Part shown: piece by piece, positions 38,214-51,484 of the stretch | Layout: every line of letters starts with the position of its first letter | Numbering within the stretch: the first letter of the stretch is position 1 | Assembly (NCBI GenBank): GCA_964016885.1 | Contig: OZ024740.1 | Location: 109,554,001 to 109,618,000 of the forward strand | Reading direction: 5' to 3' | DNA length: 64,000 nt | DNA from: Eledone cirrhosa | Taxonomy: Eukaryota | Notes under the pieces: generated by a model | Told to the model about the DNA's origin: nothing | Databases searched by the model: none | What the model saw: the letters and a program-made list of their open reading frames with translations, nothing else | Program-made: the position numbers and the translations under genes

Positions 38214-38543
38214 TCATCGTCGTTTTTTTTTACGTCCGCTTTTCCCTGCTTGCAAGGGTGGGACGGGAACTGATTCTGGCTTGATTTCTACAGCTGGATG
38301 CCCTTCCTAACACCAACCTCATTTACATTGAGTGCTGGGTGCTTTTTGCCGTGGCACCTCCACGACCACTTTGCAGTGGAATGATATGGACCCCGTCCCT
38401 ATCATTACATTTCTACAGCTGAGTAAACTGGAGCAATGTGAAATAAAGTGTCTTGCTCAAGGAAAAAACACATCACCCGGTCTGAGAATTGAACTCACAA
38501 CCTTTCGATTGCAAGGCCAATGCTCTAACCACTAAGCCATGTG

Positions 38544-38545
<2 letters not shown>
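38211..38545 (-). mobile_element. Full-length tRNA-derived SINE with RTE-derived 3' tail
   Basis: A-box TGGCTTAGTGG, B-box GAGTTCAATTC, central CTTGAGCAAGACACTT, and a tail CCCTTGCAAGCAGGGAAAAGCGGACGTAAAA matching the RTE end at 8928-8958. Confidence 0.88.
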
Positions 38546-38588
<43 letters not shown>

Positions 38589-39385
38589 TGATGATGATGG
38601 CTGCAACTCGATTTCAAATAATGCCATCGATTGATACTTAAGCATGAGCATCACGGATGTGGCTTTTTAGTCCTCTTGCCTATGGCCAGCAATACCATGC
38701 ATCACAAAAAATGTCACATTTCAAGCGATGCCTGTGCTTGAAATCTTTTCAAATTAGGAAAGGCTTTGCATAGGGCCAATCCCACTCTCTGAACATTGAA
38801 TGCATTTTCTCCAAAAAGAACTGGTCCACATCATTGGATCCAAATGAAGTCACAGGTTTTGTGTATCAGAGTGACCTTCCCCTAGAGAGAGATGTCTTAA
38901 TGAAGACTAGGAGTCTCTTGCTCCACAAAATAAAAAAAATAAATACATATATATATATATACACACACAGTTGGTCTATACACACACACATTAAAGATCG
39001 TGGGTGTTGATCTTTCTCCTCCCACTTAGCCATAAAAATAAATGTAAGAATGTGAAGAAATAACAAAAATCAGATTTGTAATATCAAATTTTAATAGACT
39101 AATATTTTTTAAAAATAATTAATCTTTATTATAAAACTTATAAAATATGAATTATCAGCTTTGAATGAATAAAATTTACTATGGTTTAGTTACTAGGGTT
39201 TTGAGCTAAAGATCATAAGGTTATAAGATTGATCCCAGGACCAAGATAAGCATTATGTCCTTTAGTAAAGCATATTACATGTTACTACAGTTCACTCAGC
39301 AGAAAATAAAAGTAGCTACTTTAGCTGCTACCTAACTCGTCCCATGGACTGAGTGCTCTACCACTACAGATATTAACTAGTTAGG

Positions 39386-39532
39386 TAGAAGTGGTTACAC
39401 AACAGTTAGTTCACCATACCGAGAACAATTGTTTCACCTTAGCGGATCCTCAGCTAGTACCATTACGAGCTGAGGATCCGCTAAGGTGAAACAATTGTTC
39501 TCGGTATGGTGAACTAACTGATGTGTAACCAC

Positions 39533-39537
<5 letters not shown>
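39386..39537. repeat. Palindromic mini-element with 70-bp arms
   Basis: Arms 39386-39455 and 39468-39537 with one mismatch and a 12-nt loop. Abuts (TA)n. Confidence 0.95.
39459..39510 (+). ncRNA. Minimal type I hammerhead ribozyme
   Basis: Stem I ACCATTACGAG/CTCGGTATGGT; CTGAGGA; T-CC-GCTAA-GG-T; GAAAC-AATT-GT-T. Predicted GUU cleavage after 39499. Stem III is self-complementary (ACAATTGT). Confidence 0.85.
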
Positions 39538-39569
<32 letters not shown>

Positions 39570-42053
39570 TATTCCATAGAATCTGAAGTAGTTAGATTTA
39601 AATATCAATGAAACCACTGGTAAATCTAACTGGATATATATATATCGGAAAAGCTTTTTTCTTAGAGCTATTTAATTGTAAGAGACTACCCTGAGTTCTT
39701 AACTCAATATATATTTGTTGGCTCCATCATGTAGTTAAATTTTGTCCTGTCAGCCAGGCTGCTATTTTTAGCGGCAGGGAATTTCGAGACAAGCTGGGTT
39801 CCGAATGATACGTGCGATAATTCATATCGTACACAATTCATTCTCTAATTATTTTTAGAAGTGAAAGGATCACTAATTTCTCAACACCTACCGAGGAGCA
39901 GAGAAACGTGAGAACTTCACTTAATAAGTCGTGGCGAAACAGTCTCCAACACTGTCTAGTTGTTACCAGGCATTTTTGCCCAATAAAGGTCTGTTATTTT
40001 TCTTAATTTTCTTAATTTAATATTTAAAGTGAAGGATAACATTCTATATTGCTGTAGTTAGTATTTTATCACCCTAGCAAATTTTGGTCCTTACAATTCG
40101 AACACATGTATGTTTATATTAGTGTTCATCTCTCTTGTTTATTCAATTATATATATAGTAATTAGCTATATATCAAAGGTTAAATATTTTCAAAGTATAG
40201 CAGACCAATTATACTTAAATTTTCCTACTAATCAATGATTCTTGTTTTTGCTTTATTTTTTTTTCTTTAGTTAAATGTCTTTTTTAAGAAATTCATTCAT
40301 TTAAGAAATGAAAATTGATTGAATTTTTAAAACTGTAAGGGCTTTTTTTTATCAAATCAAATTCAATTTTCAGGCCCTTTTTTTTCATTACATTTTAAAA
40401 TTTCAACTTAAAAAAAGCAGAAGTCTTTTTTTATAAACTCAAATTGAATAAATCTCTCAAACTAAAATTCAGATAATAAACTGAATTTCATTTTTACTGA
40501 TTGAATTTCATTTTTACTGAAGTAAATAAAAAGAAAATCGAATTCCAGACTTTAATAAAATAATTCAATTTTTTTTTTCATTTCTGATTCTAATTTATGA
40601 AAATATGGCAGTTTTTGAAATTTCAAAATAAACATGAAAAAAAATTGAATTTCCATATATTACAGATCTTAAAAAAAAAAAAAAAATATTAAGGAGGAAG
40701 TTTGGTGATAAAGCTGATATTTCATTTAAAAATCATGTATTATTATTGCTGTTCTAATGGCTTAAATGATATTTGTTAGTTTTGCATTGTTGTTATTACT
40801 ATTTATTACAATTATTAATATTTCTACTGTTTTCCCTTTACTTGATGTAAACCCCACTCTGTGTTGTTTTCCCTTCTTTTAATGTCTCTTTATCTTGGGC
40901 CTTTGTGGCCAATAAAAGAAATTATTATTATTAAGGTTTTTTTATCCTAGCTCCTTGAAATTGTGTGAAATACACATGATTATAATAGTAATTGTTAACA
41001 CTGTTGTATCTATTGGTATCCAATCTTGTCATTTCCAACATAATTTCTCAAAGTAAAAGAAATCAAACTTTGTTTTCCATTTAATTCTGGTTTCTACAAA
41101 ATTATCATGAGTTCTCTGGAAAATAATGTAGGAAATAAGATACTGAAATTGAAAACCCAATCCAGATATTTACGTTGTTGATGTAATATGCCAGCGTTAG
41201 TTTTTATCAAGCATCATTCCTATTCAGTTTGCCATAATGTATTCAAGTCTTGCTATCCGAGGTTTCCACAAGGCTGTCAAAATTCAGCGATATAATAGGA
41301 ATGTTGTTGGATATTTCCAATCAATAACACTGGTTGTTTGATCAACCAAAGACGTGTGTATATATCTGAAAAGAAAAAAAAAAATGTTTATAAACCATCA
41401 TCCCCATGATGATATCTGCTTTCCATGGTAGCATGAATTACACAGGTCATCACGGTCTGAGTCAGTTGATATTTGGAGTTACAGCCCTCCTAAATTCTAT
41501 TGTTGAATGACCCCTTTTTATTGCCACCTCTGTCACAGAATGTATTGGGTGTATTTTATCATAACAATGACACTAGGTAGGTTTTCCCTTCAGTAAGACT
41601 AAGAGCTCTCTCTACTCTGTTGTCTCAGTTTGGTAGATAGATACTGTAGAAGTGCCTTTAAGGGACCATTCCTGTTCTTGCATGGCAGACCTAATCTAAT
41701 GCTTAGTTTAACACTGCCAGCTGGCCCTTGAATTGCTTTAACAGAGTCTGATTTGAAAATAACATCCTTTTGTTTTGCAAGTTGTTGAGTCTCTGAAAAA
41801 AGGGTTATAGGTGCTGCCTTTTCTCAACTGACTGACATTAAAAAAAACAAAATAAAATGACGGAAGTTGAAGATCTCTTAAGAACCTGGCTAGGACAACA
41901 TAGAGACATTATACCCAACGGCCTGGCTCTAACAATATAAAGATATATATATATAATAATAATAATAGTAATAAATTTGAAGACTAAAATCCAAATAGGG
42001 CTCGATAAGGATAAATATATATCAGATATATAAGAACCGTAGAGCAAATATTT

Positions 42054-42186
42054 ATTAAAATAACAGATTAAAGTTTAAGCAAAGAATCGCTGCTTTCACT
42101 CTTAACGGGATCTTCTGAAACTCAGAAGATCCCGTTAAGGGTGAAAGCAGCGATTCTTTGCTTAAACTTTAATCTGTTATTTTAAT
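42054..42186. repeat. Palindromic mini-element with variant hammerhead core
   Basis: Arms 42054-42118 and 42122-42186 with one mismatch. CAGAAGA-T-CCC-GTTAA-GGG-T-GAAA starts at 42123. An unpaired tail extends left to (TA)n at ~41945. Confidence 0.9.
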
Positions 42187-45100
42187 CATCATCATCATCA
42201 TCATCATCAACGTTTAACGTCCGTGTTCCACGCTTGCATGGGTTTGGACGGGGGTAGTCCCACTTGAGGCAAGAGTGATTGTCTTGCTCGCATAGGACTG
42301 TCTGGCAGGTTTTCTACAGTTGGATGCCCTTCCTAACACCAACCACATTTACAGTGTGGGTCTGGGAGGTTTTTACCGTGTTGCCTACACGGCCACATTA
42401 CAGCGTGGACTGTGTGTTTTTTTGTCGTGACACCTACACGATCTCATTTGTTTCGGCCTCGATGGCGCGGCACCAACATAACTTTACATAGAACGGGGTG
42501 GTGTGGATGGGGTGGGGGTGGGACGGGGTGTATTTTGTTAGAGATGCCTACTGGCTGGAGTAGGTTTTACTATATATTTAGGTAAGGCGGGTCTTCTCTG
42601 TTACTGAGTACCGCCAAAGGTCTCGGTCCAGTGACATTGTCTTGGAGAGGTGTAAGTGTGTGATGTCGGAGTTTATCAGTTCGTCCCAGGTTTTTCTAGG
42701 TCTGCCTATTCCGTGACTACCGTCTATCTTTATTGCCCTGCACTTTGTTATACAGCTATCGACTTTCATGCGCATCACGTGTCCATACCAATGTAGCCTT
42801 CTCTCGAGTAAACAACATCTGATCCCTCTTATCTCTAATTTTTTCCTTAGTTCGTTTATGCTTTGCCGTTCACGTATATTACTGTTACACATCCAGCGGA
42901 GCATGCAAGCTTCGTTCCTCTCTAGTCTGCGTATATCCTCTGCACACAATGCCCAGGTCTCACTGCCATGCAGCATTGCTGTTCGTATGCAGGCATCGTA
43001 CAACCTGCCTTTCATTTTTAGGGAGAACCCTTTAGCAGCTAATAGTGGTATAAGCTCTCTGAACTTTTTCCAACCAGTTCTGACTCTAGCTAGTACTTTC
43101 AGAGCACCCTCCCCCACTGCTGATTTTATCGCCCAGGTAACGGAAGCTGTCCACTATTTCTATAGAACCCTCTGCGCAATTGAAAGAGCTAGTATTTTGT
43201 GGGCACTTGCTGCTACTTATTGCACCAGAACACCGGCCACATGTAAAATCTATGTTCTTAGTTAGCTTACCTGTGATCCCACTACATCTTTTATGCACCC
43301 ATACTTTGCATTTAGGACATAAAATGGAGTTTCTACCTACGCCTTTCCTACACACCGAGCACGACCATTTCCCAGAAGGGACCGCCGCCTTGTTTTCTTT
43401 CCTACAAACTAGTACTTTGGTCTTAGCCAGGTTAATTTTAAGTCCTTTTGACTCTAGGCCGTGCTTCCATGTTTGGAATTTCTTCTCTAGCTCGGCCATT
43501 GATTCCGCTATGAGTGTCAGGTCGTCTGCGTATAGGAGTTCCCATGGGCAGCCTGTCTTGAACTCCTCTGTTATAGCCTGAAGGGCAATAATAAATAGTA
43601 GGGGGCTGAGAACAGAGCCCTGATGGACGCCAACTTTTACGCTAAACTCTTCACTATATTCGTTGTTAATTCTAACCTTGCTGACTGTTTCTTTATACAT
43701 GGCTTGTATAGCCCTCACAAGCCATTCGTCAACGCCTAGTTTTCTAAGAGCCCACCAGATAATGGAGCGGGGGACTCTGTCGAAGGCTTTCTCCAAGTCG
43801 ACAAAAGCTAAGTAGAGGGGTTTACCTTTAGCTAGGTACTTCTCCTGTAGTTGTCGTACTATGAAAAGAACATCTGTGGTACTTTTGCCTGACACAAACC
43901 CGAACTGCATTTCATCTAGGTCAATTCTCTCTCTGATTAGTTGCGCTATTACTTTTGCCGTGACCTTCATGACCTGGTCGATTAATTTAATGCCTCTATA
44001 GTTACTCCTATCTAGGGCGTCTCCTTTACCCTTATAACAGTTAACGATGATGCTGCTATGCCAGTCCTTCGGAACAACCCCATTCTGTACGACTTGGTTA
44101 ACTATGCGGGTGACCATGGTGTGTCCCACCGTGCCAGATGCCTTCAGCATCTCAGCAACTATTTCTGAAGGCCCAGCCGCCTTACCCGTCTTCATATCCT
44201 TGATTGCCTTACTTATTATACTCCCCTCGACTAACACTGCTGGTCCCTCTATTGGGTCGATATGGGGGAGACTGTCTTTCTCCCATTTATTCTCCTCATT
44301 TAGTAGCCTTTCATAGTGACACTTCCAAGCTACCTTCTTATCAGCGTCGGTGATGGCAAGTGTGCCATCGTCGTTTAGTACACACTTCTCCCCGACAATA
44401 TCACGGTTTTCCTTGACGCATTGCCTAGCAATCCTGAACACCTCACGTTTTTGGTCATCGCGTTGTAGAACATGCTTGAACTTTCTTTCCTCAGCTTCCC
44501 TTCTTGCTAAGTACACTTGTCTCCTAGCTTCCCTCCTGGCCACTTGATAGTCTTCTCTACTTCCCCCATCCCGCCATACTTTCCAAGCCTGCTTTTTGGC
44601 CTTAATTGACCCCTCCACCTTACTGTTCCACCACCATGTTACTCTCCTCCTGCCTACAGGCCTGCTCCAGCCACAGACTTCGTCTGTCGCCAACAGCAGG
44701 TTTGCTTTCAGAAATTCCCACTCTCCCTCTATATTGTCCGACTCTAAATGTTCTTCCTTACTGTCGAAAGCATCAAGTAATATGCTTTGAAATTTATTCC
44801 TGGCTGTGGGGTCCTTTAGCTTCCATATTTTTCTCCTGAGGATAGTCCTCTTTTGTTGTCGAGTACGTCTCGTCCTGACTATGAGGTCGCTAATTATCAG
44901 TCTATGTTGGGAGGTGCATTCTTCATGGGGGAGGGATTTAGTGTTTACAACAGACACTCTGTCACGTCTTCTGGTAAGGATATAATCTACCTGGCTTGTG
45001 TGTTCCCCGGATCTATAGGTGATCAGGTGATTGTCACGTTTTTTGAAGTTAGTGTTACAGATAGTTAGGTTATTTGCATCACAGAATTCCAGGATTCTGG

Positions 45101-45205
45101 AGCCTTCCTCATTTCTAGTACCAAACCCATAGCCTCCATGGATTTCGTCGTAGCCGTCACAATGTTGACCAACGTGACCGTTTAGGTCGCCTGCGATAAT
45201 TATAT
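42187..45205 (-). mobile_element. Young RTE LINE, 5'-truncated (APE C-half, RT, PHD insert, 3' UTR, (GAT)n tail)
   Basis: ORF 43086-45205 has GDLNGHVG, QVDYIL, SQHRL, FVDLEKAFDRV, QGSVLSP and YADD. It continues in 42578-43117 after a single 2-bp deletion near 43093. Confidence 0.97.
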
Positions 45206-45624
45206 AGTTAATATATATATATATATATACACACACACATATTGAAATTACTGAAACTCTCAAAATAGAATATTTTACTCATTTATAATTTGATATTTTT
45301 CATATAGTATAGTTTAATAAAAGAAGATTTCACTCCACCCCTCTCTCTCACCACCTTTCCATAAAGAGGTGACATAAAAATTCAGCATTTGCTGCTGTTG
45401 CCATCCCTCTCTCTCTCTATTGAACATATATTCTTACTATTCCTTTTCCACAGCTGGGCCACATTTTTACACTACAACTCTCAAAAATAAAAAAGAAATT
45501 TACAATTTTTATTCACATATTTTAAAAATAACGAATAAAAAGAAAAGGAAGAAATTTGAATAGTGGAAGTAAAGGAAAGTGAAGGAGGAATCGACCCTCT
45601 ACACCCAGATTCAAGCAGTATGTC

Positions 45625-45830
45625 TTAACTACTCCCAGCAGACAAAATGACGAAGGTATTACTGCAGAGAAGAGTCAGCGACACCTGCTGCATCAGCCAC
45701 TCCACCACACGTGGCACCCTTCCTCGGGTTGGGTGCGCTATTCTTAATTCTGTGGTGGGACTGAGAATACCTAAGGTCTCGATGGTGACTGGCCTGAAAA
45801 AGAAGCCGTCAGTCAAGTCCTTGACTAATA
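45625..45830 (-). pseudogene. CRE-like RLE 3' fragment
   Basis: PVTIETLGIL..EWLMQQVSLTLLCSN parallels 10015-10230. Confidence 0.7.
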
Positions 45831-46160
45831 TTTAGCTTTCTATTGATCAATATTAGTATTTTGATATGATAGGCTTGGTATTGTATGGTTCAATACCATC
45901 TAGGTGTCACCATATGCAAGCACTGTTGGGGTTTTTATTTTTTTTGAGACACATGTAAAGTATAATATTCATGAATAATATCTGATGTGGGAGTGGAGAG
46001 TTCCAGCACACACACACAATATCATTGAAAATTCAGCCTATCTTCAGCAACAACCACCCTGAACTGCCCTAATATGCTGGTTTGTGTGTGGTGGCAGCAT
46101 ATTTAACAATCAATAATGATTCTGCGCACACACACATTAGGTTCTTTATATATATATTAT

Positions 46161-46206
46161 ATTAGGTGTCCGATTTCAAATTGAAATCGGACATTTCATA
46201 CTTAAT
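46161..46206. repeat. Perfect 13-bp hairpin, possibly a collapsed mariner-type MITE
   Basis: TGTCCGATTTCAA-A-TTGAAATCGGACA lies within ATTAGGT...ACTTAAT. Confidence 0.55.
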
Positions 46207-46365
46207 GATCTGAAACAATCCATTGTTGATTACAGTGGGATTTAGATTGATGTGAAGTTATAGAGCAGTGAAGGTGGTTGAGATAGGGAATAGGACATAT
46301 GTAGAGATGGTATGTTCGTTTCTATTACCAGAACATATTTTGTTTATATATGATAGTTTCCATGG

Positions 46366-46650
46366 GACTTAGTGGTTAGAGTGAGGTGAGTTTGATTCCC
46401 AGACCGAGTGGTGTGTTGTATCTTTATTTCAAATTGCTCTGTTGATTCAGCTGGCAAAAATGGATGTAATGTCATGGGTGCCAAACTGTATGTCATTGCC
46501 CTTTCCATAGACAACATTAGTTGTGTGTAGAGGGGAGATTGGCATGTGTTGGAGACTGCTGCTCTTCCACATAAACAATTTGCTCAGCTTGTGCCTTAGT
46601 GAGGAACCTTCTAGGTGCAGACCCATATCTACTCATTACCAAAGGGGGTC
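46366..46650 (+). mobile_element. Degraded tRNA-derived SINE
   Basis: ACTTAGTGGTTAGAG and GAGTTTGATTCCCAGACC head homologous to the other SINE copies. Confidence 0.65.
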
Positions 46651-46819
46651 TCATCTTCCAGTATGTTGTAGTATGATGGTATGATATTGTAGTGTATTAT
46701 AGTATAGGAGTTAGTAAAGTAGTACTATGATGAAGAGGGAAGTGATATGTTTATTGTGCTAGTGGTGGTATATTGTTGTGCTGCACTATAGTGTTATGAT
46801 AAAAACGTAGTATGTTATT

Positions 46820-47230
46820 GTTGTTGACGTTTAGCCCTTGGTCAGTTGTGTCTTATGATCAAAAGTGTTCCAGTCGTGACCATCCAGACATTTTTTTTAG
46901 GGCTATAGAGAACTACATCATCCAATGTGTCTTTTTCTTATGTTAGACAGTAGGATGTGATTTAAAGGATATTTGGCTGCTGTTTCCAGCAGGTGAAGGC
47001 ACTATATAGAGGCTGCCTTCTTGTCTCATGAGGTGTGGTGTATATAATACTTAGTTGGTGGTGTGGTGGGGTGGTGGTGTTTAGCCCCAGGTCAGCTCCG
47101 ATTATGCCATGACTACCGTTTTTTTTTTATTCTCGTGCATAGTTTATCTTGGACTACATTATCCAATGTGTCCTTTCTATGTTTCCAGATGGTAGTGTTA
47201 TGAGTGAAATCTGACTGCAATTTCTTGGTA
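46820..47230 (+). repeat. Two tandem copies of a ~200-bp dispersed repeat
   Basis: TTTAGCCC..GGTCAG..ACTACATTATCCAATGTGTC..TTTGGCTGCT recurs at ~56520-56740, 59500-59660, 59715-59930 and inverted at ~9575-9680. Confidence 0.7.
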
Positions 47231-50189
47231 GTGTAGGTGTAGTGGTAGTTGTGGTGGTGTAATAGATTCAGCGTGTCTGGTGGAGTAGTGGGGTGTCTGC
47301 TGGGCTAGTGTAATATTTAGGTGTTGTGACTAGCGTCTGATGAGGTGTGGAATATTGTAGTAGTATTTGGGTGTGGTGTCTGGTTGGGTAGTGTAGTATC
47401 TGGGTGTGGTGTAGTAGTGTATTGCAGTTGGTGTGAGATGTGAGTTATACCATGACAGATGACCTGTGGTGGGTGACATCTGGTAAGTGACCTGCGATAG
47501 GTCATCTGTACTAGATGCGGGTGTTGCATAACAGTTTAAGTAACAGTAGAAATACAATGTCATAGGGAAGAGATTGGTAGTAGACAGAGGGGGCGTGTTG
47601 TAGCGATGAGGTGTGGTGTTTTATCTAAATTAGGTGTGCTGTCATAGTGATGATGATGGTGGTGGTGGTGGTGAGGAGTAGCCAGAGGAGATGAGTGAGG
47701 GTCAGGTGGGGATGATTTAACTGATTTAGCCAGCCAACCAGCAATATGATGGTAGCATTGATGGTGGTTGTGTTAATGGTAGTGATTGTGGTAGTTGTGT
47801 TAATGGTTGTGGTGGCGGTTGTGTTAATGGCAGTTGTGATGTTAGCAGTGATGATGATGATGAAAGTTTCCTCTCCAATGAACACACATTAAAAATAAAA
47901 ACAAACACACAAACAAATAAAACTGAGAAGTGAACCGAAGCCAAACTTACTTGATAAATCAGGTTTGTTTGTCTTATAGTTGTCCCAGAGATTGGTTTTA
48001 AATATATTCTCTCCCACTTCCTTCATCTCCTACCTACCTCTGAGATTGATAAGCTAACAACTCACTACACCAAGTCATTGCCACAACCTTTACACCACCG
48101 TCACTCTATCACCCTTACATCAGCACCACCACCCTGTTACCATTACACCACCACTACCATCCTCTTACCTTTACATCAACACCACCACCACCCTCTTACT
48201 TTACACCACCACCACCACCACCACCACATCAACACCACCAAACCATGTAAGAAGAGCTCCACCAATCACAGCTTCTTCTTCTGCTGGACAAGTGTGCAGG
48301 GATACATCACTATCAAGCAATAACAAGTGAGACATTTATGTTGTTATTGTGATGATGTTGCTGTTGATGTGATGCTGCAATGCCCAGGAATGTATAAGTG
48401 TAGCCATCACATCTTCCCAGTGCTAAGTTACATCACAGAGTGCAGCAACAGATGCGGTAGTTGTTGAAAGATGTGATTTAACATAATCTATATATATATT
48501 ACATAACACAATTCTCCACTGATTGCTCCGGCTTCTTTTTTTCTTTTTTCTAGAAAGTCAACTAAATCTTAACCCTTTCATTACCATATTTCTATTACGA
48601 CACTTCATTTCATGCTGCTTTTAGCAATAGGACTATGAGCCCCACCGTTAAAATATCCCCCAAACCTCCTCTCATATCAACCTCATAGGAAGACAGCTAA
48701 ACATACATGTGTGTGTAAATTGCATTTTTTTTCATATTTCTACTGAAAGAGACTGACTATAATTTTTAAATTGTTTAGAAAAATAATTAAGAAATTTAGA
48801 GGTATTTAATGATATAAATAACTTTCTCATTATTTATCTGGAGTTTGGAGCATAACTTAACAAAAGATGTTACATAAAAATTATGATTTTTTAAAATAAA
48901 TATAAAACTCTATAATAAATAGTTTTTTTTTCTCTTATAGAGTTAATGTTAGTTTGAGGCAGTTTCATATCAAAATTGCTGAACATATATTTAGTCTCAC
49001 TGTGAAATTAAGGACCCTTTAATTATCTATTACTTTCAAATCATTTTGAAAATAATCAAGAATTTGGAGAGATTTAGTATTGTAAGTAACTTTCTAATTA
49101 TTAAGTTGGTGTTTGGAACTTGGAACATAGCTTAACAAAAGTTCTTACATAGAATTATGATGAAAGGGTTTTAGAAAAAATGTAAACATAAAATAAAGTT
49201 TTGTATTATAGAACTAAGAGTTATGAATTAATCCTATAGAAATTGTTTTTATTTTTGCATTACACTATGATGTTAAGAGTTCAAATCTTGTAATCAGCAA
49301 TGTATTTTATTTTAATACTACTTTTAGTTAGAGCCTCTAAGACTGATGGAAGGGAGGAAGTTATCCTCAAACAGGAAACCTGACACAAATGCTTGCATCA
49401 GTGGACTCTACTAAAGGGAGTCAAGGGCCATGTGAGGGTGTGACAGATTAAGTCAACCATCCAAGAAGGCAAGGGTGGGATTTAAACTCATAATGCATGG
49501 CCTATCATCTGACACACTAACAACTCTACCAGTCCATTGTCCAAGATTGGTACTTTATTTTATTGACACTGAAAGGATGGAAGACAAAGTTGTCTTCAGC
49601 AAGATTTGAACTCATAATACAGAGAATACCCTGTTAATTTACTACCTGTTATTTAGCCTCAAGTAAGACATACTTGAGCAAACAAAGGCTTGTATAGGTT
49701 AGCCATTTTCTTTCCAGCACAGCTTCCTTCCACTTTTTTCTTTCCTGTGTCTTCTTTGTGAGTTTCACCATTCTGAGTTTGACTTTCACCACTTTTGATC
49801 ATATCTTCCTTGCACCTCTTCAACCAATGTTCATCATCTATATACATTACATGACTGTACCTAATATACTATGACTGGCTATGAAAGCATAACTGAACAC
49901 CAGCACTAATCTTGGCTTATTTGAATATGACCATGGATAAAATTCTGTAAAAGTTGTATTCCCTGTGTACCAGAATAACCATATATAAGCAAAGCAATGA
50001 TAATAAACCAAATTAGTTAATGAAATAAGCTTTTGCTGGCCTTTTTATTATCTGAAAAATTATGAAAATCAATTTTCTGAGACTGCTGGTTTCAAACCCC
50101 AGTCTTGTTAAATCAACAAGTCAGGTTTGAAGCATGCTAGACTGTAAAAAGTGCAATTCACATTCCTGCTGCTGACTAACATCTAGAAG

Positions 50190-50600
50190 TGAGACTCATC
50201 ACCAGGAACATTAAGATTTCACATCTTCAATCAAAACATGAAGACAATTCTATTGTATAAGGGAGAGGTAACTTTAAAAATAATTATGACCTTCATCAAC
50301 ATAGCTTTGTGGGAAGTAAACCCAGCAGACACCTTGTCATGGAAATCAATTGAATGAAATGGTGTTGGGTTTAGATACACCCTCTGAAAGTCACCAGCAC
50401 AATATTAATAGGTAGTCTCTCTGGTGACCCCCACACCACCCCAGGGTAAAAGGAAGAGACGAAGGCCAAAGTACTCCTGGCAACGCAACCTGGAGAACAA
50501 AATGAGAAGATCTGGTTAAAGCTGGGGGAAATTGAAGAAGAAAACTCAAGATAGGGATGAGAAGAGAAAGGAGTGTGTGTGGTCAATACAGAAGAAGTAA
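50190..50600 (+). pseudogene. Old RTE 3' coding fragment
   Basis: IFNQNMKTILLY and PQGKRKRRRPKYSW motifs in broken frames. Confidence 0.6.
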
Positions 50601-50962
50601 ACATTCAGTAGATTTGAACAAAAATATTCTTCAGTCATATTGTCTTAGTGTAGTGGTCTATGCAGTTGTCTGGTCTAAAACAGATGCATATTCTGATTCC
50701 TGCAAACAGTTGTATCACATTGTGATTAGAGAGGATTCTTCAGTTTGGCTGAGCATGTGACAACATTACTAGTGCTGGTGACATAATATACACCCAATTA
50801 ATTCTGTAAAGTGGTTGGCATTAGGAAGAGCATCTAACTGTAGAAACTATGCTGAATATAGAACATATGAGCAAGATGAGGTCTCTCTGACCCTCTAATC
50901 TCAGGCTGTGACAACTGATACAAACCATGTCAACAGAGAAAGTGGATATAAAAATCATCTTC

Positions 50963-51115
50963 TGCCTGACCAAGATATCACCTGACCCTTACACTAATAT
51001 CTAACGATGGTGATATTATGCCTGACCAAAATATCATCTGACCCTTACGCTAATGTTTAATGATGGTAGTGTTATGTCTGACCAAGATGTTATCTGACCC
51101 TTACACTAATGTCTA
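50963..51115 (+). repeat. Tandem repeat, ~56-bp unit x2.7
   Basis: TGCCTGACCAAGATATCACCTGACCCTTACACTAAT... repeated. Confidence 0.88.
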
Positions 51116-51412
51116 TTTTATGAGATTGATTAAATAAGCACCAAAGTACTTGTGGGTGGTGGTGGTAGATGTAATTAATTAATAAAACCTGGCCACAGCT
51201 ATCCAATGACTGAAATGAGTATGAGGAGAATAAGAGAATGTGACAATGTGAGGTGAAGGTGGAAATCATTTTGGATTGGTATTGCTAGATAGTTGCTGCT
51301 ATTCTGTCTGTTATTACCTGAAATGATTTGAAACACACACAAATATGGATGGATAACAACTCACAAGTGAACACATGCATACGCACAGATTTTCTGTTTA
51401 GCTGAAATTTCA

Positions 51413-51484
<72 letters not shown>

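Noticed and set aside
40200-40690. Very AT-rich tract with recurring AATTCAATTTT/TTGAATTT words
   Set aside because: No definable unit, termini or coding signal.
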